From NCBI GenBank assembly GCA_001604215.1, contig LVAX01000092.1, positions 72,985-136,984 of the forward strand: DNA of 64,000 bases, read 5' to 3'. The position numbers and the translations under genes are program-made. Positions within the stretch are counted from its first letter, which is position 1; every line of letters begins with the position of its first letter. Under the pieces are notes generated by a model. It saw only the letters and a list, made by a program, of their open reading frames with translations, was not told where the DNA came from and ran no database searches. Positions 8,939-17,518 of the stretch are shown here, piece after piece. Origin of the DNA: Clostridiales bacterium Firm_18 (lineage in GTDB: Bacteria; Bacillota; Clostridia; Monoglobales; Firm-18).

Positions 8939-11587
8939 TTATACCTTTTCGCCCGTGCAAACCATTTCGATGTTTTTGTTCGGGCATCTGTTAAAGCACA
9001 TGCCGCATGCAACACATTCGTCTTTGTTGATTGAAAGCGTATCAGGCTCCGAAATAAACGGGGCAAAGTCGCAGCAAATGGTTTTGCAAAGCTGGCAGCC
9101 CTCGCCGCAGCCGCAGTTTAGGCAGCGTAAAGCTTCCGCCTTTGCTTCCTGCTCGGTCATCGGGCGTGTGTATGTATTAAAGTCGTATTTTCTTTCGCAT
9201 GCCGAGCGGGTTTGCGTGTCTATGCCCGTTTCTTCGTCCTTAAAGTATCCTGCACGGCGCAGAACGCTGTCCGGATCCACGCATACGGTGTCTTTTGTAT
9301 ATTCAAGAGTTGCCTTTGTGCCCCGCACATATTTGTCCATGGAAACGGCGGCTCTTTTGCCCATTGAGATAGCCGTTATTATGTTCGACACCTTTACGGC
9401 GTCGCCGCCCGCGAATACTCCGGGGATTGATGTGGCGCATGTGTTTTCCTCAACCGATATCAGGCCGTTTTCCTGTGCTATGCCGGCAATGCTTTTTTCT
9501 TCAACCCTTTGGCCGGTTGCGTATATGACGGTGTCGCAGGGCAGGTGAAAATCGGCGCCCGATACCTTTTCGGGCCTGCGCCGCAGGTCGCAGCCTTTTT
9601 CGCCCAATACCTGGTTGCACATATTAATGGCAACTACTTTGTTGTTTTCGGCTACTATCGAATAGGGAGCCACAAGATACATGATTTTGACACCTTCCGC
9701 CTCGGCTTCGGCGATTTCCTCCGCAGAAGCAAGCATTTCGTCTTTTGTGCGGCGGTATGCGATAAATACCTCTTCTGCGCCAAGACGGACCGCCGTCCGC
9801 GCCGCGTCGACCGCGGTAAAGCCGCCGCCGATTACTACGACTCGTTTGCCGATATCAATGCTTTCGCCGTCGTACACCGATTTTAAAAGATTAACGGCGT
9901 CAATAACCCCTTCGGCGTTTTCGCCGCCGATGGAAAGCTTGTTGCCCTCCTGCGCCCCGATGCCTATGAAAATAGCGTCATAGCCTTCGGATTTCAGGCT
10001 TTCGGCCGTGATGTCCTTGCCGAAGCATACTCCGGTTTTAAATGTTACCCCAAGCTTTTTCAGTGTTTCGATTTCTTCTTCGATAACGCTGTCTTCAAGA
10101 CGGAATTTGGGCAGGCCGTACCGCAGCATGCCGCCGAGCTTAGGTTCTCTTTCGAATACCGTTACCGCATAGCCTGCCCGGCATAAATGAGCCGCACAGG
10201 TAAGCCCTGCGGGGCCTGAGCCGATAACGGCCGCACGGTAACCGTTTTCGGGCGCTTTGTCAAGCGACGGTTCCCAGCCTTTTGACTTGCCGTATTCTAA
10301 AACGAAACGTTTTATATCCCGGATTTGCACCGGCCTTCCGGTTATTCCGCGTGTGCATGCTTCTTCGCATGGGTGGCTGCATACAAGTCCGCACACCCTT
10401 TGAAGGGGGTCTTTTGAGGTTATCAGGTCGAATGCGTCACGGTATTCGCCTTTGGCGACTTTTTGTATGTATGCCTGCGCCGGCACGTGGTGCGGGCAGG
10501 AATCCTTGCACGGGGCGGATAAATTCGGCTCGATGATTTTTGCGTAACCGCCGAAAAGCGTAACCTCGGTTGCGGTTTTTACCTGTGGTACGATAATCCC
10601 GCGTATTTGTGACAAATCGGTGTAACCGTGTTTGTCCATGTATTCCTTCATGCCGGAAATCATGGGCCGTACAATATCGTATCCGCTGATTAGCGTTTCG
10701 GCACACACGCCCAAAAGGTTTGCGCCGCACATTACCATTTCGACGGCGTCCTTCCAGTTTGTTATGCCGCCTGCCTGCATGATGGCGGGTTCCATGCCGT
10801 TTACCTTTCTTATCTCGTATGTATCGCGCTGGGCAAGCGGCTTTAGCCATGGTCCGCAATGGCAGCTCATGCTTATTTCTTCCTGCAGGTGGTAATATGC
10901 CTTTCCGGGGTTGTCCAAATCGATGGGCGGTATGGCCATGCGGTTTGATGTTCCGCCTACCGCGTCCGCACCCGCCGCGTAAAGCGATTTTGCAACCTGT
11001 GCTATTTTTCCGCCCTCCGGCGTCAGCTTGACAAAAAGCGGGATTGAAATGTTTTTCTTTATTTCCCTTACTATTTCCGCAACGGCGTCGCCCTGCTGGC
11101 CGAGGCTTGCTCCCGTTTTTTTCGTGCTTGCGCTGTTGGAGCCGCTTGTAAGCTCAAGGTTGTAGCTCATGTTGGGGCAGCACATGTTAAGCTCGATTAT
11201 ATCCGCGCCGACTTCTTCGAATTTCTTTGCCATGCGAACCCAGCCCTCAACGCCGTCATCGCCGGCGTAGGTTATGTTGGCAAAAAGTATGAGGTCGGTC
11301 AAAACCTTTTTTGCGTCCTCAACAAGCTTTAAGCCTTCTGTAAAGGTTAAACGCTTTTCAGTTGTGAATGCCAATGCGTTCCGGTCGTTAAACATTGCAT
11401 ACCGCGGCTTGCGGTTAATGTAAGGCGCAGGGTCGATTGTAAGCTTGATGCTTGCCGCCGCCCAGCCGGTTTCTTCTATCCTTTTAAGCTGGCGTACCGA
11501 TTTTGTTGTAGGGCCGGATGCCACATAAAAAGGGTTTTTGAAGGTGATTCCCCCGACTTCTACGGGTATTATGATATCCTTTGCCAT
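8939..11587 (-). CDS. Fused DPD/DHODH-like FMN barrel, GltD/PreT-like NAD(P)H-FAD module and C-terminal 4Fe-4S ferredoxin
   Basis: N-terminal GGITFKNPFYVASGP and ELNMCCPN (DHODH/DPD barrel). Central CSHPCEEACTRG, AVIGSGPAGLTCA and VVVIGGGFTAVD (GltD-like). C-terminal CVACGMCFNRCP. Confidence 0.75.
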   Translation of the reverse strand: MAKDIIIPVEVGGITFKNPFYVASGPTTKSVRQLKRIEETGWAAASIKLTIDPAPYINRKPRYAMFNDRNALAFTTEKRLTFTEGLKLVEDAKKVLTDLILFANITYAGDDGVEGWVRMAKKFEEVGADIIELNMCCPNMSYNLELTSGSNSASTKKTGASLGQQGDAVAEIVREIKKNISIPLFVKLTPEGGKIAQVAKSLYAAGADAVGGTSNRMAIPPIDLDNPGKAYYHLQEEISMSCHCGPWLKPLAQRDTYEIRKVNGMEPAIMQAGGITNWKDAVEMVMCGANLLGVCAETLISGYDIVRPMISGMKEYMDKHGYTDLSQIRGIIVPQVKTATEVTLFGGYAKIIEPNLSAPCKDSCPHHVPAQAYIQKVAKGEYRDAFDLITSKDPLQRVCGLVCSHPCEEACTRGITGRPVQIRDIKRFVLEYGKSKGWEPSLDKAPENGYRAAVIGSGPAGLTCAAHLCRAGYAVTVFEREPKLGGMLRYGLPKFRLEDSVIEEEIETLKKLGVTFKTGVCFGKDITAESLKSEGYDAIFIGIGAQEGNKLSIGGENAEGVIDAVNLLKSVYDGESIDIGKRVVVIGGGFTAVDAARTAVRLGAEEVFIAYRRTKDEMLASAEEIAEAEAEGVKIMYLVAPYSIVAENNKVVAINMCNQVLGEKGCDLRRRPEKVSGADFHLPCDTVIYATGQRVEEKSIAGIAQENGLISVEENTCATSIPGVFAGGDAVKVSNIITAISMGKRAAVSMDKYVRGTKATLEYTKDTVCVDPDSVLRRAGYFKDEETGIDTQTRSACERKYDFNTYTRPMTEQEAKAEALRCLNCGCGEGCQLCKTICCDFAPFISEPDTLSINKDECVACGMCFNRCPNKNIEMVCTGEKV

Positions 11588-12660
11588 TATTTAGCCTCCA
11601 ATCCGTTATTTATAATTTTTATCCCTTCACGGGCAGATTTGTAAATTAAGTTGATTACTTTAAGCGTTTCGTATCCGTCAATGCCGCGAAGCCCCACATC
11701 GGCATCCTTTTGGTTTGCTATGCAGTCAAGAAAATGCCCGATTTCGGAGACATAGCCCAAATTATACTTTTCGTCAACCGCCGGATTTGCCCAACCTGTG
11801 GTTACCTCGGCCTTTTCCACGGTATAGTCAAAGCCGGGGATGCTGAAGCCTTTAAGTGCGCTGCTGAAGGTAAGGTCGGTGTGCAGACAGCCTTTTGTCC
11901 CGTAAAAATCAATAACATCCTCCATGCCTCCGCTTGTAACGTAATTTGCTTCAAGCACCGCCGTTGTTCCGTCTTCAAACCGCATCAGCGCGCCTGCCCA
12001 GTCCTCGCCCTCCATACCGCGGTGGATAAGGTTGTTCTCGCCACCGCCCGATGTAAGCGCGACAAGCTCTTTCCATTTGTTATTCTTTAGGGCAAGCATA
12101 AACCCTACCGGGTGTACGCCTAAATGCACCATGCAGCCGCCTCCGCAATATTTGATTTTTTGCGCAAACGGGCTGTGTGAGCCGCAGTGGCACTCGCGCG
12201 CGCGTACGAAAGTCAAATCCCCGATGGCGCCGCTGTCGATTATTTCTCTTGCTTTGCGCAGTGCGGGGCTGCCGAGCCAGTCCTCGGCGTAGTAAACGCG
12301 TCTGCCGTATTTTTCGGCTGTGTTGATTATGTCATAAGCGTCTTCAACCGTTGTCGCAAGAGGCTTTTCGCATATTACGTCACGGCCTTGGGAAAGCGCG
12401 GTCACCGCCGCGTCATGGTGAAGGAAATTCGGAAGGCATATATCTACAACGTCGCAATCCGTTTCCATAATTGCTTTTTTATAATCGTCAAATGCTTTGA
12501 AGTCGGTAAAGCCGTATGTATTTGCAAGCTTTTCAATTCTGTCCGCCGCTTTGTCGGCAATCGCGACGATTTTTGCTTTGTCCCTCATGCGTGAATATGC
12601 GTCGGCGTGAAGGTCGGCGGCAAACGCCGCTCCGGTAAGCAGTATCTTTATTTGCTTCAT
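11587..12660 (-). CDS. Gfo/Idh/MocA family oxidoreductase
   Basis: N-terminal Rossmann fold (ILLTGAAFAADLHADAY) and an EKPLA motif. Its stop overlaps the next start (TAATG). Confidence 0.85.
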   Translation of the reverse strand: MKQIKILLTGAAFAADLHADAYSRMRDKAKIVAIADKAADRIEKLANTYGFTDFKAFDDYKKAIMETDCDVVDICLPNFLHHDAAVTALSQGRDVICEKPLATTVEDAYDIINTAEKYGRRVYYAEDWLGSPALRKAREIIDSGAIGDLTFVRARECHCGSHSPFAQKIKYCGGGCMVHLGVHPVGFMLALKNNKWKELVALTSGGGENNLIHRGMEGEDWAGALMRFEDGTTAVLEANYVTSGGMEDVIDFYGTKGCLHTDLTFSSALKGFSIPGFDYTVEKAEVTTGWANPAVDEKYNLGYVSEIGHFLDCIANQKDADVGLRGIDGYETLKVINLIYKSAREGIKIINNGLEAK

Positions 12661-12673
12661 GACGTTATCTCCT

Positions 12674-13444
12674 TTACCCTTTTAATATTTCTTTTGCGCT
12701 GTCTTTGTCGAGGTACAGCGATGCGTTTTTATGCCTGCGCAAAATGCTTGCGGGACATGCTTCGCTGACGGGCCCGTTTATTGTGTTATAGACAGCGTTT
12801 GCCTTTGTGGCGGCAGGTACCGCGACGATTGCGGCGGGAACACTCATTATAGCGCTCATGGTGAGGGTTACCGCTTTTTTGGGAACCTCGTCTATTGTGG
12901 GGAAGCAACCGTCGTTAACCTGCTGCTGGCGGCATACCTCGTCAAGCCGGACTATTTTTACCGTTTCCGGGTCGCTGAAATCTGCAACCGGCGGGTCGTT
13001 AAACGCAAGGTGGCCGTTTTCGCCGATACCGAGCATTATAATGTCCGGAGGGTATTTCTTAAGCAGCTTTGTGTAATTTTCGCATATTTCCTCCGGCGAT
13101 GTGCCCTGGTCCGCAATAAGATGTACCTCTTTAAAGCTAACACGGTCAAAAATAGCGCGGCGCAGGAAATTGCCGAAGCCCGCCGGTGCGTCCGCAGCAA
13201 GGCCTATGTATTCGTCCATATGGAAAGCGCGAATACGGCTCCAGTCAATATCGTACGTTAAAAGCCCTTCAAGTGTTTCGTTTTGGGACGGGGCGGCCGC
13301 AAAGACAATGTTTGCCTCGCCCTTTTCGCTTATCACTTTGTTTATTTTTTCGGCCGCATCCCCGGCCGCGGCGGCACCGAGCTGTGCTCTGGTGTCGTAA
13401 ACATATACTTTAAGATTATCTGCTTCAAACTGTTTTAATGGCAT
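12674..13444 (-). CDS. Glucosamine-6-phosphate deaminase/isomerase family protein (NagB-like)
   Basis: HMDEYIGL and GIGENGHLAFNDP motifs. Start at MPLKQ with an AGAGGG SD. Confidence 0.75.
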   Translation of the reverse strand: MPLKQFEADNLKVYVYDTRAQLGAAAAGDAAEKINKVISEKGEANIVFAAAPSQNETLEGLLTYDIDWSRIRAFHMDEYIGLAADAPAGFGNFLRRAIFDRVSFKEVHLIADQGTSPEEICENYTKLLKKYPPDIIMLGIGENGHLAFNDPPVADFSDPETVKIVRLDEVCRQQQVNDGCFPTIDEVPKKAVTLTMSAIMSVPAAIVAVPAATKANAVYNTINGPVSEACPASILRRHKNASLYLDKDSAKEILKG

Positions 13445-13714
13445 AATACAACCCTCTTTCATTAAAAAGTAACCAAATGGTTCAGTTTATATTTTCAATA
13501 TAGCACACCGGGGTAATTTTGTCAATATTTTTTTTAGGCATAAGGGGGCTGAGTGCATATTGGTTAGGTTTTTTATGCATGATTATAAGAGAGTCAATTC
13601 CATATTAATAAATTAAAGTCTTGACATTTGAAAAATTTTATGTATAGAATATGTATAGCAAAAAAAGCTTCAAAAAATTATAAAAAATATATTTACGAAA
13701 GGATTTGATGTCAC

Positions 13715-14527
13715 ATGGTAAGTTTTGATGTATCGGGAAAGGTTGCTGTCATTACGGGAGGGGCCGGTATATTGTGTTCCGTTATGGCAAAGGAGCTTGC
13801 GGAGTTTGGCGTTAAAATCGCGCTGCTCGACATAGACGAGAAAAAAGCAAGCGAAATTGCCGCCGAAATAAACGAAAAAGGCGGGGAGGCAATAGGCGTC
13901 GGCGTTGATGTGCTGGATATGGACAGTATAAACAAAGCAAAAGACATTGTAATGGACCGTTTCGGCAAGGTTGATATTTTAATAAACGGAGCGGGCGGGA
14001 ATAAAGCCGCGGCAACAACCGGGCCTTCATTATCCTTCTTTGACATTCCGCAGGACGCTTTGCAATGGGTTGTAAATTTGAACCTGCTCGGTACCATTTA
14101 TGTCACACAGGTTTTCGGAAAGGTTATGGTTGATCAAAACAATGGTTCGGTAATAAATATTTCATCCATGTCCGCCTACACGCCGCTTACAAATACCATA
14201 GCATACAGCGCGGCAAAGGCGGCTATTTCGAATTTTACCCAGTGGATGAGCGTACATTTTGCCCAGGAATATTCCCCGAATATCAGGGTTAACGCAATTG
14301 CGCCCGGCTTTTTGCATACCACTCAAAACCACTTCCTGTTGGTTGACGAAAAAGACAACCCCACGCCCAGGGGCAAGAAAATAATTGCCGGAACGCCTAT
14401 GGGACGTTACGGAAAGCCCGAAGAGCTGGTGGGAGCGATTGTTTACCTGTGCTCGGATGCGGCATCCTTTGTAACCGGCTCGATAATACCCATAGACGGA
14501 GGATATAACGCATATTCCGGAGTATGA
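13715..14527 (+). CDS. SDR family oxidoreductase
   Basis: TGGAGILC cofactor motif and YSAAKAA catalytic motif. Confidence 0.85.
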   Translation: MVSFDVSGKVAVITGGAGILCSVMAKELAEFGVKIALLDIDEKKASEIAAEINEKGGEAIGVGVDVLDMDSINKAKDIVMDRFGKVDILINGAGGNKAAATTGPSLSFFDIPQDALQWVVNLNLLGTIYVTQVFGKVMVDQNNGSVINISSMSAYTPLTNTIAYSAAKAAISNFTQWMSVHFAQEYSPNIRVNAIAPGFLHTTQNHFLLVDEKDNPTPRGKKIIAGTPMGRYGKPEELVGAIVYLCSDAASFVTGSIIPIDGGYNAYSGV

Positions 14528-15141
14528 TAATGAAAAAATCGGAGATTACAAAACAAAAGATATTGGAAGCGGCAATAGAGGAGTTCTCGCTAAAAGGGCT
14601 GTACGGGGCAAGGGTTAATGTAATAGCCCAGAAGTCGGGTATGAACAAAAGGCTTATTTACGAGCATTTCGGCAGCAAGGAAGGACTTTACTCGGCTGTG
14701 CTGACCATTGTATACGAGCGCCTGGCAAAGCGTGAGCAGGAGGTAATATCAAAAAAGGCGTCGTATGCGGACGCCATAAAAAACATTATAGCCATGTATT
14801 TTAATTTCTTTTACGAAAACCCGTACTTTATAAGGATGGTTATGTGGGAGAATTTGAACGACGCGGCTTTTATCAGCAAGTCCCAGGCCAGTGTCCTTAA
14901 AGAAAACGCGCTTGATTTTGCGCGCGATGTTTTAATACGCGGCAAACAGGAGGGCGTGTTCAAGGATACGATAGATGCGGACGAGGTTGTAATGTCCATT
15001 AACATGTTTACGTTTTCATATTACAGTAATATTCATACGCTAACCCATATTTTGCACAGGGATTTTGACAGCCGCGAGGCTATGGAAAAAAGGTGCGCAC
15101 ATGTCACCTCGATGATAATGGAGTATATTTTAAAGGATTAA
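14524..15141 (+). CDS. TetR/AcrR family transcriptional regulator
   Basis: N-terminal HTH (KQKILEAAIEEFSLKGLYGARVNVIAQKSGMNKRLIYEHFGSKEGLY). ATGA overlap with the SDR gene. Confidence 0.85.
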   Translation: MIMKKSEITKQKILEAAIEEFSLKGLYGARVNVIAQKSGMNKRLIYEHFGSKEGLYSAVLTIVYERLAKREQEVISKKASYADAIKNIIAMYFNFFYENPYFIRMVMWENLNDAAFISKSQASVLKENALDFARDVLIRGKQEGVFKDTIDADEVVMSINMFTFSYYSNIHTLTHILHRDFDSREAMEKRCAHVTSMIMEYILKD

Positions 15142-16265
15142 TGCTGAATGGTTTTAAGCAGTGCGGCGGCTTGTTTTAATTTTTCGGGGACAGGTATTGA
15201 CTGGGGGCATTTTTTAGCGCACTCGCCGCATTGTATGCAGCTTTGCGGGTCTCCTTCAGCCTCGCTGAGCAGCTTTGCAAATTCTTCTTTTGCATATTGC
15301 GTCAGGCCGTAAACTTTATGGAAGTTGTACAGCAAAAAAATCTTTGAAATTTGAATACCCATCGGGCAGGGCTGGCAATAGTCGCAGCCCGTGCAGTAAA
15401 GCCGGGATAATTCTTTTATTTGTTCCAGTGTATCGCTGATTTTTTTCCATTCCTCGCTTGAGAGTTCTTCGTTGCAGCGTGCGGCTGTTTCGACGTTTTC
15501 ATCCACCATTGCTTTGGAGGTCATTCCGGATAATGCGCAGCTTACGTTTTTATTTCCCAAGACAAACCGCAGCGCAATTTCCGGGGTGTCCTTTGCATTG
15601 GGGAGCAGTTTTTTTAAAGTATCCGACGGGGCGGCAAGGCGGCCGCCTGCGACAGGCCCCATTACAATAACGCCAAGCCCTTTGCTGCGGGCGTATTCAA
15701 TGGCGTCTTCGTTGCTCCGGTCCAAAAGGTTATACTGGCACAAAACCGTCTCAAAGGCGCCGGTGTCGATTATCTTTTTCATTATTTCGGGCTTGTCGTG
15801 GAAGGAAAAGCATTTGTGCGCAATCAGCCCTTTTTGCTTTGCCTTTTCCATGTTTTCAAGCACGTTAAGCTTTAAAACTTTGTTTTCAAAGCTTCCGTTA
15901 TCCAGCGAATGAAGATGGAAAAAATCTATGCAGTCCACATCAAGCCTTCTAAGCTGCTCTTCTAAGTAATACCAGAAATCATCCTCCCGCTCCACATTCC
16001 ACATTGGCACTTTGGTGGATACCTTAACCTTATCCTTATACCCTTTAATTGCTTTTCCGACTATGTATTGATTGTTTTCATGGCTGTAGGGCCATGCCGT
16101 GTCGATATAGTTTATGCCTTTTTTGAAGGCATGGTGTATGATGTCGATACATTCGTCTTCATCCATGTACCATTTGCCCTCTTTTTCATATTCCGGCAGG
16201 CGCATTGCGCCAAGGCCAAGGGCCGATATGTTAAATCCCGTGTTTCCTAACTTCCTGTAAATCAT
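15138..16265 (-). CDS. Aldo/keto reductase with C-terminal 4Fe-4S cluster domain
   Basis: MIYRKLGNTGFNISALGLGAMRL AKR N-terminus. C-terminal CTGCDYCQPCP and CIQCGECAKKCP. Confidence 0.8.
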   Translation of the reverse strand: MIYRKLGNTGFNISALGLGAMRLPEYEKEGKWYMDEDECIDIIHHAFKKGINYIDTAWPYSHENNQYIVGKAIKGYKDKVKVSTKVPMWNVEREDDFWYYLEEQLRRLDVDCIDFFHLHSLDNGSFENKVLKLNVLENMEKAKQKGLIAHKCFSFHDKPEIMKKIIDTGAFETVLCQYNLLDRSNEDAIEYARSKGLGVIVMGPVAGGRLAAPSDTLKKLLPNAKDTPEIALRFVLGNKNVSCALSGMTSKAMVDENVETAARCNEELSSEEWKKISDTLEQIKELSRLYCTGCDYCQPCPMGIQISKIFLLYNFHKVYGLTQYAKEEFAKLLSEAEGDPQSCIQCGECAKKCPQSIPVPEKLKQAAALLKTIQH

Positions 16266-16831
16266 ACGATATCTCCTCCGGTAATTTGTTTGCCTGCTTT
16301 TTGCATAGTTTGCGTGAGAAGATAAAAGGCCTCTTCGGGCGAATCAATTTTTTCCACGAGCCGCTCCATGGGACAGATATCCGTTTGCGGCCTGTTTAGT
16401 ATGTTGTCGGTTTCGGTGCCGAATTTGTATTTGATTTTGTGTTGTTTCAATACCTGCTCGGCCGGCTTGCTCATTATACGGCCGTAAACGCCCTCGGCCC
16501 GGCCCAGTACGCACAGCAGTGCGGCCGCTTTGCCGATTGTTTTATCCGCCAGTATTGCCCCCTTCATTAAATCAACCGAGCACAGCAGGGGATATACGCC
16601 TTTTTCATGGGATTTATATATTACGGTATCGTTTTTTATGATAAGACATGAGCATTGCTGCCTATGTAATTCGTCCGCTGCTTTTTTTAACTTATAGGAA
16701 ATTGCGCAAAATCCGCGCAATTTCGCGCTGCCGCGGAATGAATCCGCCTTCGCTTTCCTTCGCGGGGCGAGATGAGGCGTTCCGGAAAGTGTTACGAGCC
16801 GGAATGCTTTTTTATTTGTTTTGCAAGACAT
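16262..16831 (-). CDS. DUF1893 (TM1506-like) protein, N-terminus uncertain
   Basis: The core ILADKTIGKAAALL...CPMERL resembles the TM1506 family. The only SD-supported start (AAAGGAG, 8 nt, then the ATG at 16831) lies upstream of repeat copy 2, which would then be translated. Confidence 0.55.
   Translation of the reverse strand: MSCKTNKKAFRLVTLSGTPHLAPRRKAKADSFRGSAKLRGFCAISYKLKKAADELHRQQCSCLIIKNDTVIYKSHEKGVYPLLCSVDLMKGAILADKTIGKAAALLCVLGRAEGVYGRIMSKPAEQVLKQHKIKYKFGTETDNILNRPQTDICPMERLVEKIDSPEEAFYLLTQTMQKAGKQITGGDIV
16693..16817 (+). repeat. Structured intergenic repeat, copy 2 of 4
   Basis: Aligns end to end with copies 1, 3 and 4. It lies between two minus-strand genes, antisense to them. 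Confidence 0.9.
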
Positions 16832-17315
16832 GGTGTTTGCTCCTTTCACATGCTGTTACAATAAACGGTACTGCTGCAATCTGAATAAGCATGCCGGCAA
16901 ACCCGTTGACAAGCTGGGCTGATGCAAATGTCAAAAATGCGGGATTTGACAGGGCAAATAAAAACAGTACCGCTTTCCCCGAAATCAATGCCGTGACAAG
17001 CCTTAAATATCTGCTTTTAAATTTATATATTCCCAAAAACAGCCCGTATGCTCCGAATTCAACCGCAAGGCACGGCATGTTGGGAAAGAATGGTGGCATT
17101 CCTGTTGCAAAAGTGCTTATTATAGGTGTGGTTATTCCGACAACGGCCGAGTAGGGCGGGCTTAAAAAATATCCTGCAAGCAATACGGGAAGCTGCATGG
17201 GCAAAAGCTTCGATCCAAAACCGACAAAGTGAAACGCAATCGGCAATACAACGCCTATTGCAACAAACAGGCTCGCTGATAACAAGTGTTTAATATTAAC
17301 ATTATAATTTTTCAT
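16812..17315 (-). CDS. ECF-transporter S-component-like membrane protein
   Basis: 167 aa with about 5-6 TM segments. The LPMQLPVLLAGYFLSPP...GMPPFFP...AVEFGAYG pattern is typical of ECF substrate-capture subunits. No EcfA/T genes are nearby. Confidence 0.55.
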   Translation of the reverse strand: MKNYNVNIKHLLSASLFVAIGVVLPIAFHFVGFGSKLLPMQLPVLLAGYFLSPPYSAVVGITTPIISTFATGMPPFFPNMPCLAVEFGAYGLFLGIYKFKSRYLRLVTALISGKAVLFLFALSNPAFLTFASAQLVNGFAGMLIQIAAVPFIVTACERSKHHVLQNK

Positions 17316-17442
17316 TTTTAATTATGCCTGGGAATAAGTACCGGCAACCCTCCTGTTTTGAATATAGAGTCACATTCATAATTATATAACAATTATAAGC
17401 GTTAGGCAACAATTTTATTTTGAGTTATAAAAAGTCAAAAGC

Positions 17443-17471
17443 TTGACTTATTTTTTATTTACTGCTAAAAT
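17443..17471 (+). promoter_or_regulatory. Sigma-A-type promoter upstream of the MATE gene
   Basis: TTGACT, a 17-nt spacer, then TAAAAT. Confidence 0.5.
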
Positions 17472-17518
17472 TAGTTCGTTGCTTTTTTATATAATGTTGA
17501 AAGGTTAATGGTTTTATT

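Noticed and set aside
15138-15141. Convergent TetR and AKR genes with overlapping stop codons. The same occurs at MATE/spoIIR, 18854-18874.
   Set aside because: This is real in the sequence, but it reflects ordinary compact gene packing. No additional signal was seen.
17316-17400. Possible preQ1 or another riboswitch in the 5' UTR of the ECF S-component gene.
   Set aside because: I could not find the conserved preQ1-I or preQ1-II cores, or any other riboswitch consensus that I know. Only a generic GGG...CCC pairing is present. An Rfam scan is needed.
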